Notes: a model not told the origin generated them from the sequence alone. Shown: positions 36,782-45,472, counted from the stretch's first letter. The stretch is 64,000 bases of DNA from Chloroflexota bacterium (GCA_028874075.1 JAPPLU010000060.1:279281-343280), one strand, 5' to 3'. Translations and numbers: made by a program.

Positions 36782-38158
36782 CTACCCTAGCGCAGCCAGC
36801 AATCCCTTCAGAAAATGGGCTTCCTGGTCGGGAAGCACGGTACGAGGGTCGAGCAGGACGCGGTCGTCTTCAATGCGGCCGATGATGGGAGGGTCTACGG
36901 TACGCATCCTCTGCATCAGCCCTTCGGGGCCACCGGGCAGGGAACCGCAATCCAGGGAGAGGACCCTGGTGGGCAGGGTTTCGCCCGGGAGACTACCGCC
37001 GCCAATGGCTGACCGGCTACTATCTACATTGGCTCCGGACAAACCCCGGTCGACCACAGCTTTCTTCCATGTTTCAGCCCTTTCTTCTAGCAATTGTACC
37101 GGGGCCGAAATCATCCGCCAAATGGGGATCTCCCTTTCGGCTTCGCCCCGCAGGTAATGCATCAACGTAGCAATGAGAGAGGCCAGGCTCATCTTGTCGA
37201 TGCGAAAAGCGCGGGCCAAGGGGTGCCGCTCCAGGCGGTTGACCAGGTCGCGGGAGCCTACGACGATGCCTGCCTGAGGGCCACCCAGCAACTTGTCCCC
37301 GGAGAAGAACGTCAAGCCCACGCCGGCCGCCACACTTTCCTGGGGGGTGGGCTCGTGGGCCAGGCCGTAATTCTCCGTGGGCAACAGCGCGCCGCTGCCA
37401 ACGTCGTGAAGAACCGGTATGCCGGTCCTGGCGCCAAGGTCAACCAGCTCTGCCGGTTCAACAGAGGCCGTAAAACCTTCAACGCGGAAGTTGCTGGCGT
37501 GGGCCTTGAGGAAGGCGCCCGTCTCCGGGGTTATGGCGGTCTCATAGTCGCGAACATAGGTGCGGTTGGTAGTGCCCACGTCTACCAGGATAGCGCCGCT
37601 CTGCGAGAGAACATCGGGTACGCGAAAGCCACCGCCAATCTCCACCGCTTCGCCACGAGAAACAACGACCTCTTTGTCGGCGGCCAGGGCGGAAAGGCCC
37701 AGCAGCACGGCGGAGGCGTTGTTGTTGACTACCAGGCCGGCCTCGGCTCCGGTTACTTCCTGGAGCAGGTTCTGAAGATGGGCCTGCCGGGAGCCGCGCC
37801 GGCCGTTATCCAGGTCAAACTCCAGGTTGGAGTAGCCCTGGGCGGCGTTAATGGCCGCTTCGGTGGCGGCGCGACTAAGCGGGGCACGGCCCAGGTTAGT
37901 ATGGATGACCACCCCGGTGGCGTTGATTACCGGTTGGGGAGCCGGGCGGTTCATTTTTTCTACGACTTGTCGGGTAGCCCGTGCCACCTCTTCTACAGAG
38001 GGAGCGTCGGCGCCCATCATCACGGAGGAACGTGCCCGGTCGAGTTCCTGCCGCACTAGCGACAGAATCCAGTCGCGGCTGTAGGCCTTGACTACCCATG
38101 CCAGTGTGTCGGACGACAGCACGCGTTCCACACTGGGTATGTTGCGAAGCTGGGTCAA
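36782..38158 (-). CDS. selA: L-seryl-tRNA(Sec) selenium transferase
   Basis: 458 aa with a TTG start. The N-terminus is MTQLRNIPSVERVLSS, the PLP-lysine segment is FSGDKLLGGPQAG, and it is colinear with SelA. Confidence 0.9.
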   Translation of the reverse strand: MTQLRNIPSVERVLSSDTLAWVVKAYSRDWILSLVRQELDRARSSVMMGADAPSVEEVARATRQVVEKMNRPAPQPVINATGVVIHTNLGRAPLSRAATEAAINAAQGYSNLEFDLDNGRRGSRQAHLQNLLQEVTGAEAGLVVNNNASAVLLGLSALAADKEVVVSRGEAVEIGGGFRVPDVLSQSGAILVDVGTTNRTYVRDYETAITPETGAFLKAHASNFRVEGFTASVEPAELVDLGARTGIPVLHDVGSGALLPTENYGLAHEPTPQESVAAGVGLTFFSGDKLLGGPQAGIVVGSRDLVNRLERHPLARAFRIDKMSLASLIATLMHYLRGEAEREIPIWRMISAPVQLLEERAETWKKAVVDRGLSGANVDSSRSAIGGGSLPGETLPTRVLSLDCGSLPGGPEGLMQRMRTVDPPIIGRIEDDRVLLDPRTVLPDQEAHFLKGLLAALG

Positions 38159-38259
38159 ATCCTAATTCCTGTCCTGATTGGAGTGCTCACCAGGCGGCCC
38201 GACTACTGTGATTTCTTGAGGCGGAGGTCTCAGGTTCACGCCTGGAATCGGCAAACAAT

Positions 38260-38297
38260 TCTAACACGAAAAGAAGCCGGTCTAACACGAAAGGAAG
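38260..38297. repeat. Two 17-nt direct repeats in 21-nt phase, upstream of selA
   Basis: TCTAACACGAAAAGAAG (38260..38276) and TCTAACACGAAAGGAAG (38281..38297) are 16/17 identical and lie 102-139 nt upstream of the selA start. Confidence 0.7.
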
Positions 38298-39315
38298 GTG
38301 GCGGCGCCAAGGGAACAGGTCTGATTTATCCACGAACAGAGACAAATGTTCGTCAATGAAGGGCCACCAGTTAATCGACCCACTTGGTCCAATTTGTAAC
38401 GTCCTGGTCCCCGTCGTTTGCCAGGGTCGACCCGCAGGTCTGCCCCAACCAGGGCACCTATTATTTCCCACGACCCCAAACCCATTTACGACATTAGCAA
38501 GTGTTCAGAATTAAGGGGATTTGTCTACTGGCTCAACATCCCATACCAGCTCCTGCCGGCATCTAAAATTCCCATGCTACTTTCGGATTGCATTCTCTTT
38601 AGTGCTCCGATTAGTTCAGACTGAGGGAAGGGTCCCCGAGGCTTACCGCATTTTCCTCTCTTGCACTGCTGCCGGAATCCAGAGAAATTCGGCATGACGA
38701 TCGCCCGGACCTGCCAACCGGGGATTTTGCCGGGGCCTTCCGGCGTTGCCGGATTCAGGATTTTTTGTTTTCTAGTTCCATTTTGGGCCGTTTCGTATCT
38801 GACAAAAGGGCCATAAGGGCGCCGGATGGCACTCCGTTGGGCCACCGTGAGACCTTTTCCAGATAGGGCATTGCCCCGGAAAACGATCCATGCCGGGCCG
38901 TTTTGGGCCGCGGTAGTAAAGAGATAGAACTGTCCCAATAGCCAGGGAATAAGGGCGGCCACGGGATTATGGTAGAGGCGTGTTTTCGCTTATGGCAAGT
39001 CGCCAGTGTCAGTAGTAACTATCGGAGGCAAAGAAAATACGCGGCCCCAGTGCCATCTTTCCGGTCAGCTGCTGCGGACCTGAATGCACGGCGGCCAAAG
39101 AACCTGCGATAAACCAGAAGACAAGATTTCCGGATTACGGCCTCTGCCAGAAAGACGGCTTACGGGGCGCGATGGCTCAAGAGGCTTGAACAGTTACCAA
39201 CCACATTTTTGAATTGTCAAAATTGTAGCGGAAGTATTAAAATGGCTGCATAGGGTATCCTCTGTAGTGAAAGACAAGCAAGGTGCCCCTACTAGTGGTT
39301 CCCTGGAAGGTCGAA

Positions 39316-39522
39316 ATGAAAGGGACAATAGTTGGCGTTTCGGTGTTTGTGGTCTTGTCAGTCGCCGTTAGCCTGGCGGCGGTGGGAGCCGTGACCCAGA
39401 CGTATTCGGGGGCGGCGCCAGGAGGCGCAAGCTCGATGGCGGTCCCTCAGCTGGAGACTCTCCCCGGTTTGGCTAACAAGGAGGAACAAAGCGGCGCATA
39501 CCGCGCATTCACCTACGTTTGA
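39316..39522 (+). CDS. Small (68-aa) signal-anchored/secreted peptide, unknown function
   Basis: This is the internal ATG of ORF 39283..39522, preceded by GGAAGG. The product is MKGTIVGVSVFVVLSVAVSLAAVGAV... followed by a polar tail. Hairpins lie downstream. Coding status is unproven. Confidence 0.4.
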   Translation: MKGTIVGVSVFVVLSVAVSLAAVGAVTQTYSGAAPGGASSMAVPQLETLPGLANKEEQSGAYRAFTYV

Positions 39523-39701
39523 CCCTTCCACTAGTTTGCGCCTCCCGTGAGGGGGCTTTGCGTCGGCCCAGGGCCCGAACCACCAGGCAAGCAAAAGGTA
39601 ACGTCACACCTTATCCTGAACTTCCCCCTTCATGGGGGAAGGGATTTGTTCAGAGGTTGTTCAAACCTCTCCCCCTACCAACACTCTTTCGGAGATTACC
39701 C

Positions 39702-40931
39702 ATGCAACCAGGACTTCCCCCCGAACTTGACGGCCTCAAGAGTATGATCCGCCAAATAGTCAGAGACGAGTGCGTCCCCCTGGAGAACGAATATCTGGCC
39801 AATCCGCCCCAGGAAGGTGTTGACGACGGCGGGCCAAGGGGGATCGCCGAGACGGTGATGGGAATTGTCGGAACCCTGGATCGGGAAAAATGGGGAAGGC
39901 TGAACCAGATTTCGAAGGATACGGGCATCTATACCTCCTTCGTGCCGGAGGAGTATGGCGGCGGCGGCATGGGTGCTTTGGGACACGTTGTGATGGACGA
40001 GGAGATTCACAAGAGTATCGTCCAGCTTCCCACTTCCCCGGTTCCGATGATGATGATCGGTTCCTGCACGCCGGAACAGGAGGAAAAGTACTTGTACCCG
40101 GCGATCCAGGGTGATCTGAACTATGCCTTTGGACAGACGGAACCCCAAGCAGGCTCGGACCCCGGAGGCATGATGGAGACGCGTGCGGTAAGGGACGGGG
40201 ACGACTGGGTGATCAGCGGCACAAAGATGTTCATTTCCGGGGCGGCCACCGCGGACTTCCTGCTGGTCCAGGCGGTCACCGACCCGGAGAAGCGGCAGCG
40301 GGGCGGCATTACCATGTTCATCGTGGACAACCCCACGCCTGGGCTGAGTTTTGACCCCATTCGGGTGTGGATTGTGCCCACCCGAGCCCAGCAGTACATG
40401 GTTAACCTGGATGAGGTCCGGGTGCCCCAGACCCAGGTCTTGGGTGAAGTTGGAATGGGGTTCACCCTGGGCCAGCAATGGCTGGTGCACCATGACCGGC
40501 TGCTGCGCGGGTCCATGGCCCTGGGTATCCTGACCCGGGCGCTGGAAATGGCTATTGAATGGGCCAAGCAGCGGGTTACCTACGGGCGGCCCATCAGCGA
40601 CCGCCAGGCCATCCAGTGGATGCTGACCGACGTGTACATTGACATTATGAACCTGCGTGCAGTTACGCGGGAGACTGCCGCCCGGGCCGACCAGGGTGAG
40701 GATGTGCGGGTGGAAGCGTCCATGATCAAATACTGCGCCGGGGAATGGGGCTGCCGCAGCATTGACAAGATAATGCAGGTGTTCGGCGGCATGGGCGAGA
40801 CCCTCGACATGCCTATACCTCACTGGTATCACCTGCTGCGACACGCCCGCATCGGCGGCGGCACCTCGGAGATTCACAAGTTCGTGATGGCGCGGGGATT
40901 GCTCGATGGACGGGTATCCTTCCAGGGTTAA
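39702..40931 (+). CDS. Acyl-CoA dehydrogenase
   Basis: This is the internal ATG of ORF 39519..40931, preceded by GGAGA. Motifs are YAFGQTEPQAGSDPGGM and GGGTSEIHKFVMARGLL. Confidence 0.85.
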   Translation: MQPGLPPELDGLKSMIRQIVRDECVPLENEYLANPPQEGVDDGGPRGIAETVMGIVGTLDREKWGRLNQISKDTGIYTSFVPEEYGGGGMGALGHVVMDEEIHKSIVQLPTSPVPMMMIGSCTPEQEEKYLYPAIQGDLNYAFGQTEPQAGSDPGGMMETRAVRDGDDWVISGTKMFISGAATADFLLVQAVTDPEKRQRGGITMFIVDNPTPGLSFDPIRVWIVPTRAQQYMVNLDEVRVPQTQVLGEVGMGFTLGQQWLVHHDRLLRGSMALGILTRALEMAIEWAKQRVTYGRPISDRQAIQWMLTDVYIDIMNLRAVTRETAARADQGEDVRVEASMIKYCAGEWGCRSIDKIMQVFGGMGETLDMPIPHWYHLLRHARIGGGTSEIHKFVMARGLLDGRVSFQG

Positions 40932-41058
40932 ATCGGCCAGGGCTAGACAGGCCATGGCCAAGTCGTTATGGGAGCAGTGGTTCCGCACGGCAAGGGCGAC
41001 GTGTTTCGAGGGTTTGTGTGGCAGGGGTGGAGAGGCCTATCGCCTCTTCAACGGGTAG

Positions 41059-41706
41059 ATGGCAAACACTGACTACAGGCCGCCAGAACTGTCCAAAGTT
41101 TGTTCCGACCATCCTACCCTGCCTATCAAGGACCGGCAGGGCGCGTCCTACTGCTTCAATTGCATCGTCACAGACATCCAGGCCCAAGCCTATAGTGTGG
41201 CCTGCCGCATCCTCAACGACCGGCACCTGGCAGAGGATGCGGTGCAGGAAAGCCTTACCTCCGCCTACCGCTCTTTTGGCCAGTTCCGGGGCGACAACCT
41301 GCGGGGCTGGCTGATGCGAATAGTTGCCAATAACTGCCGCGATATGCTGCGGGCCAGCCGTTCCCGTCCTGCTGTTCCCCTCGATCCGGTGGCTGCAGAT
41401 CCCGAGTCGGAAGACAGGAGCCTCGCTGCCGCCAATTTACCCTCCAGCGAAGAATCCCCGGAAGAGTTCGCGGAACGCAGCGAGCTTCGTCGCGCCATTG
41501 AAGCCGGCCTGGCAGCATTGCCGGAGGAGCGAAAGATGGCCATTGTGCTGGTGGACGTAGAGGGGTTCAGTTACGAAGAAGCGGCCACGGCCCTGGACTG
41601 CTCGGTGGGTACCATAAAATCCAGAATAAGCAGGGGCAGGCGGGAATTGCGGGACTTTCTGAGGGGCGCGGGGGAACTTCTACCTTCCGGGTTCCGTCAG
41701 GAATAG
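41059..41706 (+). CDS. ECF-type RNA polymerase sigma factor
   Basis: 215 aa with region 2 (LAEDAVQESLTSAYRSF...WLMRIVANNCRD) and region 4 (LVDVEGFSYEEAATALDCSVGTIKSRISRGRREL). It has a Cys-containing N-terminal extension of uncertain reality. Confidence 0.85.
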   Translation: MANTDYRPPELSKVCSDHPTLPIKDRQGASYCFNCIVTDIQAQAYSVACRILNDRHLAEDAVQESLTSAYRSFGQFRGDNLRGWLMRIVANNCRDMLRASRSRPAVPLDPVAADPESEDRSLAAANLPSSEESPEEFAERSELRRAIEAGLAALPEERKMAIVLVDVEGFSYEEAATALDCSVGTIKSRISRGRRELRDFLRGAGELLPSGFRQE

Positions 41707-41713
41707 TAAGGAT

Positions 41714-43411
41714 ATGTGGTTTTTTGGTGGACATAGACATTTGAACGAGAACCGGCTGAGCGACTACGTCAGCGGCCGCCTCTCGTCGTCGGAACGGGCG
41801 CGACTGGAGCGTGCCTTGGACGGGTGCGCCCTTTGCCGGGAGGAGCTGGAGTCGTTGCAGCAGACCAGGGCGCTGCTGCAGGCGTTGCCCCAGGAACCGC
41901 TGCCGCGCAGCTTCGTGTTTGCAGAAGCGCCAGCAATGGCTGCAGCCGGGGTCTATCGTCCTGCCGAAGCATCGGGGTTTCGCATGCCGGGGTGGGCATA
42001 TGCGGGAGCAGCGGCGGTGGCCGGGCTGGCGGTTATTGTGTTTGTCCTGAGCGGGGCAGTTGGAACGTGGCTGCCGCAGGGAGCCGAGGACGAGTCAGGA
42101 CGTGTGGCCTCTACGTCCGCACTGGAAATGGCACAGGCCCAGAGTGCTCCGGCTCCGGCCGCTGCCCCCGCAGCCATGCAAGAAGCACAACCGGCAGCGC
42201 CGGTCGAGCCTGCCATGGAATCTGTGATGGGCGCCGAATCGGAGGAGTTGGCGTTGGCGCCGTTCGCCGCCTCGGCATCACCTCAAGAGGCGAGTGCGGC
42301 GGCAGAGGTTGCAAGAGAAGTTGAGGTGCTGAAGGAAGTCGAAGTGGCGAAAGAAGTCGTGGTCGAGAGGGCCGTGGAGGCGCAGGTTGAATCTGCCCCA
42401 ACAGCCGTACCGGTAATGGCGGCCCAGCCACAGCCTGCGGCCATGGCGGATGTGCCACCTCCCACCGCGGCGCCGGCTGCTGCCCAGGAAGCAACGGCAA
42501 GAGAGCCTGAAGTAGAGGTCCCTGTGGAAGCGGAAATTACGGTCTCGCAGGCGGCTGCCGGCCATGCGGACGTGGAACCGGCTACGCCAACCATTGAAGC
42601 CCAGGCCGACGCTGTTCCTTCGGCTCCTGCCGCTGCAGCCGCTTCGAAGGGAGAAGAGGCAGAAGCTACGGCAATGCCTGAGCCGGTGGCGAGAAGAGGG
42701 GAGTTGGCTGAGCCCGCTTTGAGGGCGACGGTTTCCCCTGCGACTGCGCAGGATGCAGCGCGTACGGGGGAAGAACAGCCGGCCACACCAATGCCACGGG
42801 TTACGGTGCCGGCAATCACACCTGAGCCAGCAATTGTGACGCCCATAGCCACTGTGCCTCCTCCCATGCCAACTCTGGAGCCACCTGTTTCTGCGTCAGC
42901 GACGTCAGCTGCCGCCCGGGCAGGGGTTCAGTCCGAGCCTACCCCGGTGCCGACATTGAAGCTGGAGCCGGACCGGGCCGAGCCCGACTTGGCGGCAGGG
43001 GGTGGAGAACCTGGGGGACCTGCTGGGCCATTGGCGCAGATGTCCCCGGTCGGGCCTGCCGCGGCGGAGGGACCCAGCGGGCCGGTGGGTCTGCGGGGCA
43101 GCCAGGGCGGGACTTCACAGCCTGTGCCGGAGGGAGCGGAAGAAGCCCAAAGTCTCCAGGGGCCTCAGGGTCCCCAAGGTGAGGTCGGGGCGCCCGGCCC
43201 TGCCGGGGTTGATGGCGAAGGGGCAGCAGGCCTGTTGCGGGACAATTCAACGTTGACGGTTTTGCTCGGCGTGGTGGCAGTGGCGTTGTTGGTAGTGGGG
43301 TTATGGATTGTGCTTCGCATCCGCTCCGCACGGGGCCCCGGTGCCCCCTCGGGAACAAATTACGGACCGGATACGTCTACTCTAGTGAATCGTCCCAAAT
43401 TGGAGAACTAA
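41714..43411 (+). CDS. Anti-sigma factor (zf-HC2 type) with a very long Ala/Pro/Glu/Val-rich extracytoplasmic region and a second C-terminal TM helix
   Basis: 565 aa. The N-terminal motif is LDGCALCREELESL, with TM helices at about aa 94-117 and about aa 514-535. The gene starts 8 nt after the sigma gene. Confidence 0.75.
   Translation: MWFFGGHRHLNENRLSDYVSGRLSSSERARLERALDGCALCREELESLQQTRALLQALPQEPLPRSFVFAEAPAMAAAGVYRPAEASGFRMPGWAYAGAAAVAGLAVIVFVLSGAVGTWLPQGAEDESGRVASTSALEMAQAQSAPAPAAAPAAMQEAQPAAPVEPAMESVMGAESEELALAPFAASASPQEASAAAEVAREVEVLKEVEVAKEVVVERAVEAQVESAPTAVPVMAAQPQPAAMADVPPPTAAPAAAQEATAREPEVEVPVEAEITVSQAAAGHADVEPATPTIEAQADAVPSAPAAAAASKGEEAEATAMPEPVARRGELAEPALRATVSPATAQDAARTGEEQPATPMPRVTVPAITPEPAIVTPIATVPPPMPTLEPPVSASATSAAARAGVQSEPTPVPTLKLEPDRAEPDLAAGGGEPGGPAGPLAQMSPVGPAAAEGPSGPVGLRGSQGGTSQPVPEGAEEAQSLQGPQGPQGEVGAPGPAGVDGEGAAGLLRDNSTLTVLLGVVAVALLVVGLWIVLRIRSARGPGAPSGTNYGPDTSTLVNRPKLEN
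42314..42385 (+). repeat. Four imperfect in-frame 18-nt tandem repeats inside the anti-sigma gene
   Basis: AGAGAAGTTGAGGTGCTG / AAGGAAGTCGAAGTGGCG / AAAGAAGTCGTGGTCGAG / AGGGCCGTGGAGGCGCAG encode REVEVL KEVEVA KEVVVE RAVEAQ. Confidence 0.7.
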
Positions 43412-43425
43412 GGAGGCATCAGATT

Positions 43426-44577
43426 ATGTTCATTTCTAAATCTAAGCACTTGTTCGTCTTTCTATTGTTGGGGGTCGTCAGCCTGTTGGCGCTGGCGTGT
43501 TCGTCGCAGGTGCCCGTCAGTACTACCGTGGGGGGTGCGCAGGTCGGTGAGGAGACTGCGGCGGCGGTACAGCAAGCCGGAGTAGAAGCCGGGGTAGAAG
43601 TCAGGGAAAGCCCGAGTCCCCAGACAGTCGAGACGACTGAAGAAGTCGCGACCGACCCGGCTCCGGCCATATCGGCGGCTGAAGGAGTCCTGGCCACCGA
43701 AAGCGGAGGGGAAGCAGTCGCCACCGTAACAAGTTCAGCAGACGTTACGGACGTTGCCGGCGGAGGAGATATCCCCGCCCAGGTGTCCGGCCGGGAAGGA
43801 CAGGGGTCTGCCGGCATCGTCGTGTCCGGCTCAGGACGGGCCAGTGCGGCGCCGGACCTGGCCACTCTCAGGCTGGGGGTGGAGGCGATAGAAGCCACCG
43901 TGGGCGAGGCGCGCACCGCCGCCGCCGAAGCCATGTCGGCCGTAATGGCTTCGGTAAGCGATGATGGTGTAGAGGCAAAGGACGTCCAGACCGGCTATTT
44001 CAGCATTCAGCCCCGATACACCGGGCGGGAGATTACCCGGTGTATCGAAGCCGAGGCTTCGGGAGAAAAGAAGGCAGAAGGCGGCGCCATGCAAGAGGGG
44101 CCAGGCCTGATGAGTATGGCCACCGGACCCAAGGGGCAAGAGTGCTTCCAGGAGTATCGGTCGGTGATTACGGGCTATGAAGTCAGCAACAACCTGACGG
44201 TTCTGGTGCGGGACCTGGAAACGGTCGACGACATAATTGATGGCGCCGTGGACGCCGGCGGAGACAACATCCGGTTTAACGGACTGTCTTTCTCGCTGGA
44301 AGACACGACGGAACTGGAGTCCGAGGCTCGCAGCGCCGCCGTCTCGGACCTGGAAGCAAAGGCGGACGAACTCGCCGGCCTTGCAGGGGTGGAATTGGGA
44401 GAACTGGTGTACCTGACGGAATCGGGAGGGTACCAGCCTCCCATAGTCAGGGCTGAATTTGCACTGGCCCGAGCAGCCGCCGACTCCGCTGGCGGAGAGG
44501 CAACGCCCATATCACCGGGAGAGATTTCCGTCCGGGTCAATGTTGTTGGACAGTATATGATTGGCGGTGGGGAGTAA
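43426..44577 (+). CDS. SIMPL/DUF541-domain lipoprotein
   Basis: This is the internal ATG of ORF 43303..44577, preceded by AAGGAGG. The signal peptide has the lipobox LLALACSS. The SIMPL-type core is SGSGRASAAPDLATLRLGVEA...YFSIQPRY. Confidence 0.75.
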   Translation: MFISKSKHLFVFLLLGVVSLLALACSSQVPVSTTVGGAQVGEETAAAVQQAGVEAGVEVRESPSPQTVETTEEVATDPAPAISAAEGVLATESGGEAVATVTSSADVTDVAGGGDIPAQVSGREGQGSAGIVVSGSGRASAAPDLATLRLGVEAIEATVGEARTAAAEAMSAVMASVSDDGVEAKDVQTGYFSIQPRYTGREITRCIEAEASGEKKAEGGAMQEGPGLMSMATGPKGQECFQEYRSVITGYEVSNNLTVLVRDLETVDDIIDGAVDAGGDNIRFNGLSFSLEDTTELESEARSAAVSDLEAKADELAGLAGVELGELVYLTESGGYQPPIVRAEFALARAAADSAGGEATPISPGEISVRVNVVGQYMIGGGE

Positions 44578-44598
44578 GCAGATATTTCCCTGCTGTTG

Positions 44599-44667
44599 AT
44601 GAGGTTGTCAGCGCAACCTCATAGCCTTAAAATCGGTGTGCCCCGGCATTCTCCGGGGCACACTTTT
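44599..44667 (+). terminator. Two consecutive hairpins; the second is a rho-independent terminator
   Basis: The first hairpin is ATGAGGTTG-TCAGCG-CAACCTCAT. The second is GTGCCCCGG-CATTCT-CCGGGGCAC followed by ACTTTT. Confidence 0.6.
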
Positions 44668-44710
44668 AGCTTGTTTGGCGGGGCCTGCCTCCCAAAATGC
44701 CAAGGCGCGT

Positions 44711-45283
44711 ATGGTACTGAGCGACCGTTCAATTAAAGAGGCGCTGGGCGAGGGCCGGATTGTCATTGATCCGGTGCATCCTGAGGATATTCAGCCGGCA
44801 AGCGTTGACCTGCACCTGGATCGGCAGATTCTCGTATTCAGCAACCACCAGCAGCCCTACATCGACGTAAAAGAGAGCCTGGAGAGCCTGAGTGAACTGG
44901 TGGAGATTGAAGAGGACAGGCCCTTCATCCTCCATCCCGGCGACTTTGTGCTGGGCAGCACCGTGGAGCACATAGAACTACCGGATAACCTGGTGGCGCG
45001 GCTGGAAGGCAAGAGCTCTCTGGGCCGGATTGGCCTGGTCATACACTCCACGGCCGGTTTTGTGGACCCGGGCTGGAAAGGCAACCTGACCCTGGAACTG
45101 AGCAACCTGGCCCGGCTGCCAATTACCCTCTATCACGGGATGAAAATCGGACAGATATCCTTCCTCACCCTGACCACGCCGGCGGAACGCCTTTATGGTT
45201 CCGAATCCCTGGGCAGCAAGTACCAGGGCCAGACGGAACCCACGGCCAGCCGCTTTCACCGGGATTTTGGACAAGGGCTATGA
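44711..45283 (+). CDS. dcd: dCTP deaminase
   Basis: This is the internal ATG of ORF 44636..45283 (MVLSDRSIKEAL...). Motifs are LEGKSSLGRIGL and DPGWKGNLTLEL. Confidence 0.85.
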   Translation: MVLSDRSIKEALGEGRIVIDPVHPEDIQPASVDLHLDRQILVFSNHQQPYIDVKESLESLSELVEIEEDRPFILHPGDFVLGSTVEHIELPDNLVARLEGKSSLGRIGLVIHSTAGFVDPGWKGNLTLELSNLARLPITLYHGMKIGQISFLTLTTPAERLYGSESLGSKYQGQTEPTASRFHRDFGQGL

Positions 45284-45472
45284 CGGGGCTGTCGCATCTG
45301 GAATCGTTCAGTCTTGCCTCCTCTTCAGCAACATGCGGAAAGGAACCGGCCCGGTCTGCACTTTGCAGCCGAGGCGGAAACGACGAAAGGGGACGCTCGG
45401 AGAGTCCCACTGTCAATCTGACGACCGGCCCTGGAATCGACACTCTGATTTAACCGAAATGGCTGACTGACG

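Noticed and set aside
37094-38059. A 321-aa plus-strand ORF antisense to selA. Similar shadow ORFs are 17367..18332 (antisense to nifS), 13608..14558 (M20 genes), 47461..48363 (ribBA), 26778..27599 (cinA) and 18682..19497 (an alternative reading frame on the same strand as the M50 protease gene).
   Set aside because: All overlap genes with strong family signatures in another frame, and all have low-complexity Arg/Gly/Pro/His-rich translations.
38525-38962. A 145-aa minus-strand ORF inside the gene desert.
   Set aside because: Its composition is basic and Arg/Gly/Pro-rich. It has no Shine-Dalgarno sequence, no recognisable domain, and it lies in a region of atypical composition. I treat it as non-coding, with a possible pseudogene remnant covered in the gene-desert finding.
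39696-40988. A 430-aa minus-strand ORF spanning the entire acyl-CoA dehydrogenase gene.
   Set aside because: It is antisense to a gene with clear ACAD motifs. Its product is His/Arg/Pro/Gly-rich with no domain I recognise. Long stop-free antisense frames are expected in GC-rich coding DNA.
42283-42867. A 194-aa Ala/Gly/Thr/Ser-rich minus-strand ORF, plus several other ORFs in all frames across 41800-43400.
   Set aside because: They lie within the GC-rich low-complexity region of the anti-sigma gene, where every frame is stop-poor. Only the plus-strand frame links a zf-HC2 N-terminus and TM helices into a coherent protein.
45284-45472. A possible FMN (RFN) riboswitch upstream of ribD.
   Set aside because: I looked for the conserved core (GGGCAGGGTGAAATTCCC...CCGGCGGT ... 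GCCGACAGT...AGTCTGGATG) on both strands and found only vague partial resemblance (CTCTTCAG...CCGGCCCGGT). That is not enough to call without a covariance-model search.
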